Shown here piece after piece: positions 48,947-58,675 of a DNA stretch of 64,000 nt. The notes under the pieces are model-generated. The model was not told where the DNA came from and did no database searches. It saw nothing but the letters and a program-made list of their open reading frames with translations. Position numbers and translations under genes: made by a program. The stretch's first letter is position 1; every line of letters begins with the position of its first letter. This stretch comes from an uncultured delta proteobacterium (GTDB taxonomy: Bacteria; Myxococcota; Myxococcia; Myxococcales; Myxococcaceae), in assembly GCA_963745475.1 (NCBI GenBank), contig CAVUXN010000006.1:383718-447717 (forward strand). Reading direction: 5' to 3'.

Positions 48947-49618
48947 ATGAAGGCCTGGCTTACCCCACTCTTGGTGCTGTGGTCTGGGATGGCCGTCGCC
49001 CAGACGCCGTCGGCCGCGGCGAGTGGCGCGACACAACCCATGCTTCAAGCGCAGATGTCTGACCCAGCGGCCCAGTCCGTGAAACCGTCCGGCCCCCCGC
49101 CCTCGGACGTCATTCCGCCCGCCCCCGAAAACCCAGCGCCGCCCACAAACCAAGAGGGCGTGGTGACGCCGGAGGCGCAGACCGCCACTGGCCAATGGGT
49201 TTACACCAGCCAGTACGGCTGGGTGTGGATGCCCTACGGGAACGCCTACACGTACGTTCCACCGGGCGGCGGCGCTCCGGACATGTACGTCTATTACCCG
49301 AGCGTCGGGTGGACGTGGGTGGTCGCCCCTTGGGTTTGGGGCTGGGGACCGATGCCGTACTGGGGCATCTATGGGACCGTTGGGTTTGGTTGGTACGGGT
49401 ACGGGTATGGCCACTGGTATGGCTACGCCGGTCCCTACGCCGGCTGGTACGGACGCGGCTATTGGAACGGCGGCCACTGGGTGGGCGGGTACCACCCCGC
49501 TGGGCCACGCGGAGGCTACGCGCCGACCGGAGGTGGTGTGCATACCGGTGGTTATGCGGCACCGCACGGAGGCGGCATGAGCTTCGGCGGCGGCCACGGC
49601 GGCGGGGGCCACCGGTAA
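48947..49618 (+). CDS. exported Trp/Tyr/Gly/His-rich protein, paralog 2
   Basis: MKAWLTPLLVLWSGMAVAQ (other in-frame ATGs at 48932-48941). GQWVYTSQYGWVWMPYGN...WVWGWGPMPYWGIYG...GWYGYGYGHWYGY, ending GHGGGGHR. Confidence 0.7.
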   Translation: MKAWLTPLLVLWSGMAVAQTPSAAASGATQPMLQAQMSDPAAQSVKPSGPPPSDVIPPAPENPAPPTNQEGVVTPEAQTATGQWVYTSQYGWVWMPYGNAYTYVPPGGGAPDMYVYYPSVGWTWVVAPWVWGWGPMPYWGIYGTVGFGWYGYGYGHWYGYAGPYAGWYGRGYWNGGHWVGGYHPAGPRGGYAPTGGGVHTGGYAAPHGGGMSFGGGHGGGGHR

Positions 49619-49657
49619 CCAGCCCCTTCCGTCGCGCTGCGCCCCGCTAACGCGCCT

Positions 49658-51706
49658 TTAGGGGCTGGACATGACGAACGACGTCAGCAGCACCATGGCC
49701 CCCTGGTAGCCGACGTCTGGCTCGGTGAGCTCCCAGGAGGAGGCCGTGCAGACGCTCCCGTTCCACCCACAACCCACGGAGAAATCCCGGTAGGCGTAGG
49801 CCGGGTACGTCCGGTCGGGGATGACGTAGGTGCCGTCGTAGTACCAGTTGGGTCCGCCCGGCACGAGGCCTGGGGCCGGTCCATAAAGCGACGTCTGGCT
49901 GTCACTGGGGTTGTAGGGGTACAGCGGTTCCACCACCGACTGGGGCTTGCCGTTGTAGGTGGTGTTCCCGTTGTCTCCGTCATTGACGGTGAACGAGAAC
50001 CAGCTGTGGAAAATCTGGAAGGACGAGTGCTCGCCGCCGTAGGCGGCCATGTTCGTCAGGTAGACCATGTTGAGGGGATTGAGCCCGAGCATGTAGTGCA
50101 GGTGCTTCTGCGCGAGGGCAACCATCTCCGCCTCGGAGTGAGAACCGTAAATGCCCTGACGGGCGGCCATGAAGAGGTTGAGCCCGTAGAAGGCTTGGTT
50201 TCGGTTGCTTCCCCAACTCCAGTCCCAGCCATTGGTGGAGCTCCCGAACATCCCGCCGTAGGGGCCGTCCGCGGTAAAGGCCGGATTCACCAAGCCTTGT
50301 GCGACAGCGGCCTGGATTTTCGACTTCACCGAAGGTGTCCCGGAGGCGTTCATCAAGTAGTGCCACGCTCCGGTGGAGAGGGTCCCCTCCCCAGGGGTGA
50401 TGGTGTTGGGAATCATCCCGTCCCAGGTGTCCCAGGGGAAGGCGTCGACGAAGCTTTGGGCCGTGGACTGGGTCGGGTCCATCCGGAACACGGCGGAGGC
50501 AGCAGAGGCTTTGAGGTCATTCTCCGAGCCAGTGGCCGTGTACCCGTGGAGCCAATTCCAACCGGCCACGGCAGCGGCCGCGTACCCGCTGGCGATGGAG
50601 CTCTGGCCGATGCTCTTAAACACAATCGCCGCGTGCGCGAGTGCAAGCACGGCATTCCCGGTTGCCACGGCGATGGTGACCCCTCCGCCCGACCAGCCGT
50701 TTCCCGAGGGTGAGGTGCAGTCAAAATAAACGCGGCCCTCGTTGGAGGCGCTGGGCGGCGACGTCACCGTGGCGTTGTTTCCTTTCGTCGAAGTCATGAA
50801 GTGCCCATCCGGACGCTGCATCCGGACGTAGAAGTCGAGCTCCCAGCGCACCTCGTCAAGCAAGTCGGGGATGCCGTTTCCGCTCTCTGGAATGTGCAGC
50901 TGGCCATCCGTCCAAGCGCCGGGGTTGACCTCATAGGCGAAGAGCATCTGCGGAACGCCGCGACCCCAGAGCGTCTTCTGGTAGTCGCCCGCGTCGTGCC
51001 AGCCGCCGTGGACGTCCAGAAGCCCGTTGTTTGCGGAACCCGGTCCGGCGGGAGCATTCGCGTCTGTTGAGTGACACGCGCCGTCCACCCATTGGCCACC
51101 AGCCGAGTACCCAAGCAAAGCGTCGGTTGCGAAAGGCAGTGCCTTGTCGTGGTTACAGCGCTGGAAGTAGTAGGCCTTGACCGAGGCGGCGCCGACGACG
51201 TCGTAGATGTTCTCGGAAATTCGGAAACCGTACGAGCGGACATTCAGAGAAGGCACGTAGAGGTAGTAGTCGCCGGTCGTCGAAAACGCGCTGAAGTCCA
51301 CCGTCGAATAGCCGTCGCCGGAGTAGGTGTCGGTTTGAAGAGGGCTGCTGGAGGTGAAGTTGCCAACCGACGCACCCGTTGAGGCGTCGACGAGCTGCAC
51401 CGCTGCCCCTGCCTGACCAAGCAACACGGCGACTTTGGTGTCCGCCGGCCTCCAACCGAAGTTGTCGATGCGAAGCGCGCCGCTGAGCGTCCCTAGAGGG
51501 GGTGCCACCGTCCCCCCGTCCGCGCCTGAGCCCGCGTCGCCCGAGCCGGCGTCCGGAATTCCCCCATCCGGACCGGCATCCGCGCCGGGGAGAACGCCGG
51601 CGGCGTCAGTGCTCACCTGTCCCGTGCACCCGACGAGCGCTGTCAAAAGCGCACACATGCCCCAGCAGCATCCATTCCCACCCGGCATGGACGCTTCCCT
51701 AAGCAA
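49658..51706 (-). CDS. glycoside hydrolase family 9 endoglucanase-like lipoprotein
   Basis: Lipobox LLTALVGC. An N-terminal Ig-like region is followed by LDVHGGWHDAGDYQKT (the GH9 GGWxDAGD motif). Start uncertain among three in-frame Met codons. Confidence 0.8.
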   Translation of the reverse strand: MLREASMPGGNGCCWGMCALLTALVGCTGQVSTDAAGVLPGADAGPDGGIPDAGSGDAGSGADGGTVAPPLGTLSGALRIDNFGWRPADTKVAVLLGQAGAAVQLVDASTGASVGNFTSSSPLQTDTYSGDGYSTVDFSAFSTTGDYYLYVPSLNVRSYGFRISENIYDVVGAASVKAYYFQRCNHDKALPFATDALLGYSAGGQWVDGACHSTDANAPAGPGSANNGLLDVHGGWHDAGDYQKTLWGRGVPQMLFAYEVNPGAWTDGQLHIPESGNGIPDLLDEVRWELDFYVRMQRPDGHFMTSTKGNNATVTSPPSASNEGRVYFDCTSPSGNGWSGGGVTIAVATGNAVLALAHAAIVFKSIGQSSIASGYAAAAVAGWNWLHGYTATGSENDLKASAASAVFRMDPTQSTAQSFVDAFPWDTWDGMIPNTITPGEGTLSTGAWHYLMNASGTPSVKSKIQAAVAQGLVNPAFTADGPYGGMFGSSTNGWDWSWGSNRNQAFYGLNLFMAARQGIYGSHSEAEMVALAQKHLHYMLGLNPLNMVYLTNMAAYGGEHSSFQIFHSWFSFTVNDGDNGNTTYNGKPQSVVEPLYPYNPSDSQTSLYGPAPGLVPGGPNWYYDGTYVIPDRTYPAYAYRDFSVGCGWNGSVCTASSWELTEPDVGYQGAMVLLTSFVMSSP

Positions 51707-51849
51707 GGCATGCGCCGCTTCGGAGCCACCTGTTCTTCTGGGCAGCGTCGGCCGGCCGCCACCTCAACTGGGGTGGACCCCACCCCACACCAGGTGGCGC
51801 TCACCACATCCCCGAGTAGGGTGTGGAAAATACGTCCATCTGCTGCTGC

Positions 51850-52452
51850 TCAGTGGTGCTCTTCGCCGCCGTGCTCCGGAGGCGGCCTCTCCTCTTTCGC
51901 GGGTGCGTGCTCAGGCTGTCGCTCCTGTTGCACAGCATGCGGGGGCGCAGCCTCATGCGCTGGGGGCGAGTGGACGGCCTGTTCTCGCGGCGGCGGTGGG
52001 CGTTGCTCCTCATGCATGGACGGGCTGTGGACGGGCTGCTGTCCATGGGGCGCAACGAAGACTTCCCGATGCCCGGACCAAGAATGTCCATAGTTGCTCG
52101 CCCAATGCGGAGGGACGCCGGGGTGGTATCCCCTCCACTCGGGCGGCGGCCGCCGGTAGTAGGTTACCGGTACAATGAGTAGTGGTTGCGGGACGTACTC
52201 CGGCGCCGCGAACACCCACGGTCCGTTGTAACCGCCCGAGTAGTACCAGCCGCCATTTGCGTAAACCCAATACTGGCCCCCATAGAAGAAGACGTTCGCC
52301 GAGGCGGTGGGCACGTACTGCACCACTTGGACCTCGGGGACGGCGACCAGTTGGGGCGGTGCCGCAAAATTGATGCCCAGGTTGACTTGCACCTGGGCCG
52401 ACGCTGGCACGGGAACAAGCAACAACAGCAAAGCGACGAAGAAAACGTACAT
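51850..52452 (-). CDS. exported hypothetical protein with an aromatic core and a Pro/His/Glu-rich tail
   Basis: ATG 52452 with a GGAGGA SD. MYVFFVALLLLLVPVPASA, then FFYGGQYWVYANGGWYYSGGYNGPWVF, with tail HAPAKEERPPPEHGGEEHH. Confidence 0.55.
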   Translation of the reverse strand: MYVFFVALLLLLVPVPASAQVQVNLGINFAAPPQLVAVPEVQVVQYVPTASANVFFYGGQYWVYANGGWYYSGGYNGPWVFAAPEYVPQPLLIVPVTYYRRPPPEWRGYHPGVPPHWASNYGHSWSGHREVFVAPHGQQPVHSPSMHEEQRPPPPREQAVHSPPAHEAAPPHAVQQERQPEHAPAKEERPPPEHGGEEHH

Positions 52453-52626
52453 GGGTTCCTCCGAGGCCCAGAAGCATAGGTACCGCACTCGGAGTCGCCC
52501 AGTGGGGGTAAGCCCCCTCCGGGCCTCCTTCGTCCCGTCTCCAATGGATGGCCATTTTTGTCCGCCATTCGTCCTATTGAGGGCGTTGCTCGCTAGCCTT
52601 TGCGGGGCGTAGTGTGCCGGCACTCA

Positions 52627-53628
52627 ATGGCTCAAACCGTCCGTTCCGAACTCCATCCAACCCCTGAGCGTCGGGTGCTCGTCCTTCTGTTGCCGGAGGT
52701 CCACCTCCAGGACTTGGCGGGGCCGGTGCAGGTGCTCGACGAGGCGTCGCAGTTGGGCGGCGCATACCGTCTCGTCTTTTGTGGCGTCGAGCGGCGGGTG
52801 CGCTCCGCTCAGGGACTCGAGCTCGCGAGCCTGGAGCCGCTGCCGGCTGTGGGCCCGACGGACCTCGTGCTGGTGCCGGGAATGTCCTCTGCCACCCTGT
52901 CTCATTTGGAGCGCGTCCCAAGCGCGTGGCTTTCGGACGCTCAACGCGCAGGGGCTCGCGTCGCTTCGGTTTGCTCTGGCGCCTTCGCGCTCGCCCGGGC
53001 CGGCCTCTTGGATGGACGCGACTGTACGACGCACTGGAAGCTCATCGAACGTCTTCGCCGCGAACGGCCGCGCGCCAATGTCCTCGACAACCGGCTCTTC
53101 GTCGAGGACCGGGGTGTGGTGACCAGCGCGGGCGTCGCAGCCGGCATCGACATGGCGCTGGCCCTGGTGGAACGAGACCATGGGCCCCAGGTGACGGCGC
53201 GTGTGGCGCGCGAAATGGTCGTCTACCTGCGCCGCAGCGGGGACCAGGAGCAACAAAGCATCTACCTCGACCATCGCACCCACCTCCACCCCGGCGTTCA
53301 TCAAGTCCAGGACTTCCTCGTCCAGCACCCGGAGAAGAAGCCGAAGCTGAAGGAGCTGGCGCACCTGGCCGCGATGAGTCCTCGTAACCTGACGCGTGTC
53401 TTCTCGCGAGCGACGGGGGTCACTCCCAAACAGTTTGCTTCAAAAGTGAAGCTCCAAGTCGCGCGGGACCTCGTGGATGACCCTCAACGAAGTGTTGAGG
53501 CCATCGCTTCGAGCTGCGGATTCGACGACGCCCGGCAGTTGCGTCGCCTGTGGAAGCAAAACTTCGGCGTGTCCATCGCCGATTTTCGGGCGACTCGGTC
53601 TCGCCCCAAAGAAGGCAGGTCACCATGA
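52627..53628 (+). CDS. GlxA-type AraC-family transcriptional regulator (DJ-1/PfpI-like N-domain plus AraC HTH)
   Basis: VASVCSGAFALARAGLLDGRDCTTHW is the DJ-1-like elbow. C-terminal LAHLAAMSPRNLTRVFSRATGVTPKQF...SSCGFDDARQLRRLWK is an AraC HTH. Confidence 0.85.
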   Translation: MAQTVRSELHPTPERRVLVLLLPEVHLQDLAGPVQVLDEASQLGGAYRLVFCGVERRVRSAQGLELASLEPLPAVGPTDLVLVPGMSSATLSHLERVPSAWLSDAQRAGARVASVCSGAFALARAGLLDGRDCTTHWKLIERLRRERPRANVLDNRLFVEDRGVVTSAGVAAGIDMALALVERDHGPQVTARVAREMVVYLRRSGDQEQQSIYLDHRTHLHPGVHQVQDFLVQHPEKKPKLKELAHLAAMSPRNLTRVFSRATGVTPKQFASKVKLQVARDLVDDPQRSVEAIASSCGFDDARQLRRLWKQNFGVSIADFRATRSRPKEGRSP

Positions 53629-54377
53629 AAGCGTTCCCCTTGGCGGTACCGGCGCTCCTTGTCGTGCTTGGGCTTGCCTTCAGAAGCAATTCGGCTGAGC
53701 CAACCGCCAAGCTGGCAAAGCCGGGGACGCGCAACGTCGCCGTCGTGCTCTACGAGGGAGTCGAGCTTCTGGATTTCGCGGGACCAGGCGAAGTCTTTTC
53801 GGCGGCGGCCAACTTCGGCGCAGTCGACGGAAAGCCCGCGTTCCGCGTCTACACGGTCGCCACCACCAAAGCTCCGCTCACCAGCCAGGGGTTCCTCAAG
53901 GTGGTCCCCGACTTCTCCATTGAAGATGCACCCGCGCCAGACCTCATCGTCATTCCGGGGGGTAACTCCTCCACCCTCACCAACGATGCGCGTTTCATGG
54001 CCTGGGCGAAGAAGGCCTTTACGGGAGCAGAGGTGTCCATGTCGGTCTGCACCGGTGCCTTCGTCCTTGGAAAGGCCGGCCTCCTCGATGGCCGCTCGGC
54101 AACCACTTGGTTCGGTGCGATTGAGAAGCTGCGAGAAGCTGTCCCCGGCACCACGGTGCAGGAAGGACGCCGCTTCATCGACCAAGGACGGGTGGTGACG
54201 ACGGCCGGTGTGTCTGCAGGAATTGACGGCGCACTCCACGTCGTCGCCCGGTTGCTCGGCCGGGAGGTCGCCGAGAAGACGGCGCAGTACATGGAATACC
54301 GTTGGAGTCCTGAGCCCTACCTCGTCGGCAGCTACACGGCCAAGGCCGCGGGTGGGGGCGCCACCTCCGCGCAATAG
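53625..54377 (+). CDS. DJ-1/PfpI-family protein with a signal peptide
   Basis: ATGA overlap with the regulator gene. MKAFPLAVPALLVVLGLAF, VAVVLYEGVELLDFAGP and MSVCTGAFVLGKAGLLDGRSATT (nucleophile elbow Cys). Confidence 0.85.
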   Translation: MKAFPLAVPALLVVLGLAFRSNSAEPTAKLAKPGTRNVAVVLYEGVELLDFAGPGEVFSAAANFGAVDGKPAFRVYTVATTKAPLTSQGFLKVVPDFSIEDAPAPDLIVIPGGNSSTLTNDARFMAWAKKAFTGAEVSMSVCTGAFVLGKAGLLDGRSATTWFGAIEKLREAVPGTTVQEGRRFIDQGRVVTTAGVSAGIDGALHVVARLLGREVAEKTAQYMEYRWSPEPYLVGSYTAKAAGGGATSAQ

Positions 54378-54432
54378 CGCCAAGGGCCGTGCGCTTTGCT
54401 CTCCCGTAGGGGGCCATACCCCTTTGGGCCGC

Positions 54433-57315
54433 TCAACTCGAGGCTGCGTCGAGGACACAGGCCACGTGAAGTGCCTTTCTTCCGGTGGCGCCGAGAATTT
54501 GGTGCTGGCAACTGAAGCCGTCCGCGACGAGGAGCGCGTCTTGGGGTGTCTGCCGGACAGCGGGGAGCAAACTCAGCTCCGCCATGGCCAGGGAGATGTC
54601 AAACGTCTCGGCTTGGTAGCCGAAGGTGCCGGCCATCCCGCAGCAGCTGCCGGGCGCCGTCTTGACTTCGAGGTCCGGAACGAGGGCTAGCGCTCGGAAC
54701 ACCGCCGACATGGCCCCAAAAGCCTTTTGATGACAGTGGCCGTGTAACAAGGCGTGGCGCTGGGGAAGGGCGTGGAGTGCCAGGGCAAAGCGTCCGGCTT
54801 GGGCTTCACGGTCGACGAATTCTTCGAAGAGCAGTGCCGCGGCGGCGAGCCGGCTCGTCGCAGCTCCGGGAAGCATGGCCGGAAATTCGTCCCGCAACGT
54901 CAACAGGCAGGAGGGCTCGAGCCCCACCACGGGGAGGCCTTGCTCCACCCAAGGCCGAAGGGTGTCCAACATCTCCCTCGCCTCTGAGCGGGCCTCTTCC
55001 ACCAGTCCAGCCGAGAGAAATGTCCGTCCGCAGCACAGAGGCCGGCGCCCGTCTGGAGCGCGGGGGAGGTGAACGCGGTACCCCGCGCGCTCGAGCACCC
55101 TGAGGGCGGCGCGCGCGCTTTCGGGCTCAAACCAGGTGGTGAAGGTGTCTACCAGCAGCACCACCTGCGGGCCGCCGAGGTTGTCGCAACGTCGCTCGAC
55201 GTCTCCGCGAAAGGGAGTTGCGCTCCAGGCGGGGAGTCGCCGTCGTGCGCTCAGCCCGGACAAACGCTCACTCAGACGGGCCAGCCACGGCAGACGGTCC
55301 CTCAGGGCAAGAAACCAACGGAGGCGCATCAGCAATGGCGCCAACCTCGGGAGAAACGCCACCAGACGGTCCTGAAGCCGGAGCCCGTGACGCCGCTGCC
55401 GCTGCCAGAGGTATTCCACCTTCATCCGAGCCATGTCGACGCCCGTGGGGCATTCGCGCTTGCAGCCCTTACAACCCACACACAGCGCGAGCGTCTCAGC
55501 CATCGCGTCGGAGGCGAGCGCCTCCGGGCCAAGTTGCCCAGTGAGCGCCAGTCGCAGCGCGTTGGCGCGGCCGCGGACGCCGTGCTGCTCGTCCTGCGTC
55601 ACCATGAAGGAAGGGCACATGACGCCCGGGTCCGCTTTGCGGCAGGCTCCGTTGTTGTTGCACATCTCCACAGCACGGCTGAAGCCGCCCCATGCGGACC
55701 AGTCCAGCGCCGTTTCCAGCGGCAGCGCCTGGTAGCCCGGGCCGTAACGGAAGAGGCGGCGGTCATCCATCCTCGGGGCTCGGACAATTTTCCCGGGATT
55801 GAAAAGCCCCTCGGGGTCGAAGGCGTCCTTCACGTCCTCAAAGGTACGAACCAGTCGACGGCCGAACATCACCTCGTGAAACTCGCTCCGGACAAGGCCG
55901 TCCCCATGCTCGCCGGAGTGGCTGCCCTTAAACGTGCGGACGAGGGCAAAGGCCTCCTCCGCAATCGCCCGCAGCTTTTCGACGTCGAGGTCACTCTTCA
56001 TGTTCAGCACCGGCCGCACATGGAGACAGCCCACCGAGGCGTGGGCGTACCAAGTGCCCCTCGTCCCGTGCCGCGCGAAGAGCTCCGTCAAGCGCGCGGT
56101 GTAGTCCGCCAGGTGCTCGAGCGGGACTGCGCAGTCTTCGATGACCGAGACGGGCTTGGCGTCGCCGCGCACGTTGCTCACGATGTTGAGCCCCGCCGAC
56201 CGGACGTTCCAGAGCTCGGCTTGCGCCGCCGGCGCCGTAATGCGCACCGTGCTGGCTGGGTAGCCCAGCTCCGTCATTCGCTCATCCAGGGCTTCGAGAC
56301 GCTGCTCAAGCGCGTGCGTGTCTTCTCCGGCGAACTCCACCAAGAGCAACGCGTCAGGCTCGCCCTGCACGTAGCGGCGGACTGTCGGAGCGAACTCCGG
56401 CATTTGCCGCGACACCTCGATGATGGTTCGGTCCACAAGCTCCACAGCCACCGGGCCCAGAGCGACCAACTCCTGCGTCGCCACCATCGCGTCATGGAAG
56501 TGGGGAAAGTGACACACGCCGAGTGCGCGGTAAGCGGGAAGCGGCGAGAGCTCGAGTTCGAGTTCAGTAAAGAAGGCCAGCGTGCCTTCGCTGCCCACCA
56601 GGAGATGCGAGAGGTTCGGCTCTGGACCGAGCAGTGCATCGAGGTTGTACCCGCCCACACGCCGCAGGACCTTCGGAAAGCGCGCTTCAATCTCCGCCGC
56701 TTCACGCCCCGCCAGCTCTTGAAGTCGGCCGGAAAGCTCTCGGTAGCGTCCGGGAGGGAGGCGCGTCCGGTCCGAAGGCACCCGGCCGAATCGAGCTCGC
56801 GTTCCGTCAGCGAGCACCGCGTCGATGGAGCGCACGTTGTGGACCATGTTCCCGTACTTGATGGACCGGGCGCCCGAGCTGTTGTTTCCGGCCATGCCCC
56901 CCAGCGTGGCCCGGTTCGCCGTGGACGGGTCGATGGGAAAGAAAAGCCCGTGGGGCTTCAGCTGACGGTTGAGATGGTCGAGCACCAGCCCTGGCTGCAC
57001 GCGTACTGTGCGACCGGGGACGTCGAGCGAGAGAACCTGTCGAAGGTACTTGCTCGTGTCGAGCACAACCGAGTCACCCACCGTCTGGCCGCACTGAGAC
57101 GTCCCGGCGCCTCGGGGAAGCACTGAGACGCCGGCCTCACGACACAGGGCGAGGGTTGCTTCCACGTCGGCGACGTCCCGTGGGACGACGACTCCCTTTG
57201 GAAAGACTTGGTAGATGGAGGCGTCGGCGGCGTAGAGGCCGCGGCCGAAGGCATCGAAGCGAACCTGCCCCCGAACCTCACGGGAAAGACGCTGCGCGAG
57301 CAAGCGTTCGTCCAT
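54433..57315 (-). CDS. fused FAD-linked oxidase / (Fe-S) CCG-domain protein (YdiJ / GlcD-GlcF-like 2-hydroxyacid dehydrogenase)
   Basis: 960 aa. N-terminal FAD-binding PCMH-type region (VLPRGAGTSQCGQ). Mid-region ferredoxin-like Cys clusters (CNNNGACRKADPGVMCP, CVGCKGCKRECP). C-terminal CCG-type repeats (CCGR.., CCGMAGTFG). Confidence 0.9.
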   Translation of the reverse strand: MDERLLAQRLSREVRGQVRFDAFGRGLYAADASIYQVFPKGVVVPRDVADVEATLALCREAGVSVLPRGAGTSQCGQTVGDSVVLDTSKYLRQVLSLDVPGRTVRVQPGLVLDHLNRQLKPHGLFFPIDPSTANRATLGGMAGNNSSGARSIKYGNMVHNVRSIDAVLADGTRARFGRVPSDRTRLPPGRYRELSGRLQELAGREAAEIEARFPKVLRRVGGYNLDALLGPEPNLSHLLVGSEGTLAFFTELELELSPLPAYRALGVCHFPHFHDAMVATQELVALGPVAVELVDRTIIEVSRQMPEFAPTVRRYVQGEPDALLLVEFAGEDTHALEQRLEALDERMTELGYPASTVRITAPAAQAELWNVRSAGLNIVSNVRGDAKPVSVIEDCAVPLEHLADYTARLTELFARHGTRGTWYAHASVGCLHVRPVLNMKSDLDVEKLRAIAEEAFALVRTFKGSHSGEHGDGLVRSEFHEVMFGRRLVRTFEDVKDAFDPEGLFNPGKIVRAPRMDDRRLFRYGPGYQALPLETALDWSAWGGFSRAVEMCNNNGACRKADPGVMCPSFMVTQDEQHGVRGRANALRLALTGQLGPEALASDAMAETLALCVGCKGCKRECPTGVDMARMKVEYLWQRQRRHGLRLQDRLVAFLPRLAPLLMRLRWFLALRDRLPWLARLSERLSGLSARRRLPAWSATPFRGDVERRCDNLGGPQVVLLVDTFTTWFEPESARAALRVLERAGYRVHLPRAPDGRRPLCCGRTFLSAGLVEEARSEAREMLDTLRPWVEQGLPVVGLEPSCLLTLRDEFPAMLPGAATSRLAAAALLFEEFVDREAQAGRFALALHALPQRHALLHGHCHQKAFGAMSAVFRALALVPDLEVKTAPGSCCGMAGTFGYQAETFDISLAMAELSLLPAVRQTPQDALLVADGFSCQHQILGATGRKALHVACVLDAASS

Positions 57316-57335
57316 CGACGGCGGCAGTCGGGTGC

Positions 57336-58637
57336 TCAGCGGCCCGCCCCGGACGCGGGGCCGGCCATGCTCGGAACCGTTGGCAATTCGGCCAGAGGCC
57401 GGTCCGGACGCATGAAGAAGCAGCTAACGCAGCCCACGACCAACAACCCCACCGAACCCCAGAATGGCAGGTGCCAGTTTCCGGTGAGGTCGACAATTTT
57501 GCCGAAGGCAATGGGAGAGACAATGGCGGCTACGGCCGACCCGAAATTCATCAGCCCCGAGGCAGTACCTGAAAACTTGGGAGCGATGTCCATTGGAATG
57601 GCCCACATGGGGCCGATGGCGAGTTCGAGAAAGAAGAAGCCGAGGCTTAGACAAATCGTCACCGGGACGAGCCCGCGCAGGTAGACGACTGGCACCAAGG
57701 AGGCAATGGTACCCAGGTAGGCGAGTAGCACCACCGAGCGGCGAGCGAAAACGACGTTGCCCGTGCGTCTGAGAAGGTGGTCGCTGATGGAACCGCCCAG
57801 CATGTCGCCGACAACCCCGGCGAGAAAGACGGCGAAGGAATAGAAGGCGGTGCTCGTGAGCTGCAGCTTTTCGCCCTCTTTGAAGAAGGAGGGCAACCAG
57901 AAGAGATAAAGCCAAAGACTCCAGCCATAACAGAAGTACGTCAGCGTGACCGGGGCCATCCGCCGCAGGAGCGGTCCCCACGGAGTGATGACTTTCGCGC
58001 GCTGCGCGGGGGGGACAAACGCGGGCAGCGCCTCCACCTCTTGAGCAGTCACGCCGCGGTGAGACTTCGGGTCGTCGCGAAAGTACAAAGCCCAAGCGAC
58101 GACCCACACGGCGCTCACCGCACCGAGGATGACGAAGGCCGCGCGCCACCCCATCAAGCTCATCAACAGCACCACGATGGGAGGTGTCACCGCATTCCCC
58201 GCACGAGCGAAGGCATGCGTCACCCCTTGCGCCCAACCCCGCCGGTCCTTGGCCACCCAGTACTGCATCGCCCGAGTGGCTGTTGGAAAAGTCGCGCCTT
58301 CACCAATACCCAGAAGGAATCGAATCAAGAACAGCGAAGCCAGGCCACCGGCCAAGCCGGTGAGGAGCGTGGCCAGGGTCCACACCAGCCCGCACAGGGT
58401 GAGCGTGACCCGCGCGCCGAAGCGGTCGCCCAAATAGCCGCCGATGATTTGAAACACTGCATAGGCATACCCGAAGGCGCTAAAGGCGAGCCCCAGCTGG
58501 GTGAGCGACAGCCCGAGCTCCTTGCGCATGAGCGGAGCCGCCGTCGACATGTTCGTCCGGTCGACGTAGGTGATGAGGTACATCAGACACAAAAGTAGGA
58601 CGACGTTGCCGGGCGCGGTGAAGAGGCGGCGCTTCAT
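57336..58637 (-). CDS. MFS transporter, anion:cation symporter (ACS)-like
   Basis: 433 aa with about 12 TM helices. YLITYVDRTNMSTAAP and GGYLGDRFGAR are typical ACS-family motifs. Confidence 0.9.
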   Translation of the reverse strand: MKRRLFTAPGNVVLLLCLMYLITYVDRTNMSTAAPLMRKELGLSLTQLGLAFSAFGYAYAVFQIIGGYLGDRFGARVTLTLCGLVWTLATLLTGLAGGLASLFLIRFLLGIGEGATFPTATRAMQYWVAKDRRGWAQGVTHAFARAGNAVTPPIVVLLMSLMGWRAAFVILGAVSAVWVVAWALYFRDDPKSHRGVTAQEVEALPAFVPPAQRAKVITPWGPLLRRMAPVTLTYFCYGWSLWLYLFWLPSFFKEGEKLQLTSTAFYSFAVFLAGVVGDMLGGSISDHLLRRTGNVVFARRSVVLLAYLGTIASLVPVVYLRGLVPVTICLSLGFFFLELAIGPMWAIPMDIAPKFSGTASGLMNFGSAVAAIVSPIAFGKIVDLTGNWHLPFWGSVGLLVVGCVSCFFMRPDRPLAELPTVPSMAGPASGAGR

Positions 58638-58675
58638 GAGCGCATTGCTCCTTTCCCTGCGGTCTCGGATACGAG

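Noticed and set aside
55069-57126. 685-aa plus-strand ORF
   Set aside because: It is antisense to the FAD/Fe-S oxidase gene, which has clear FAD and Cys-cluster motifs. It is a shadow ORF.
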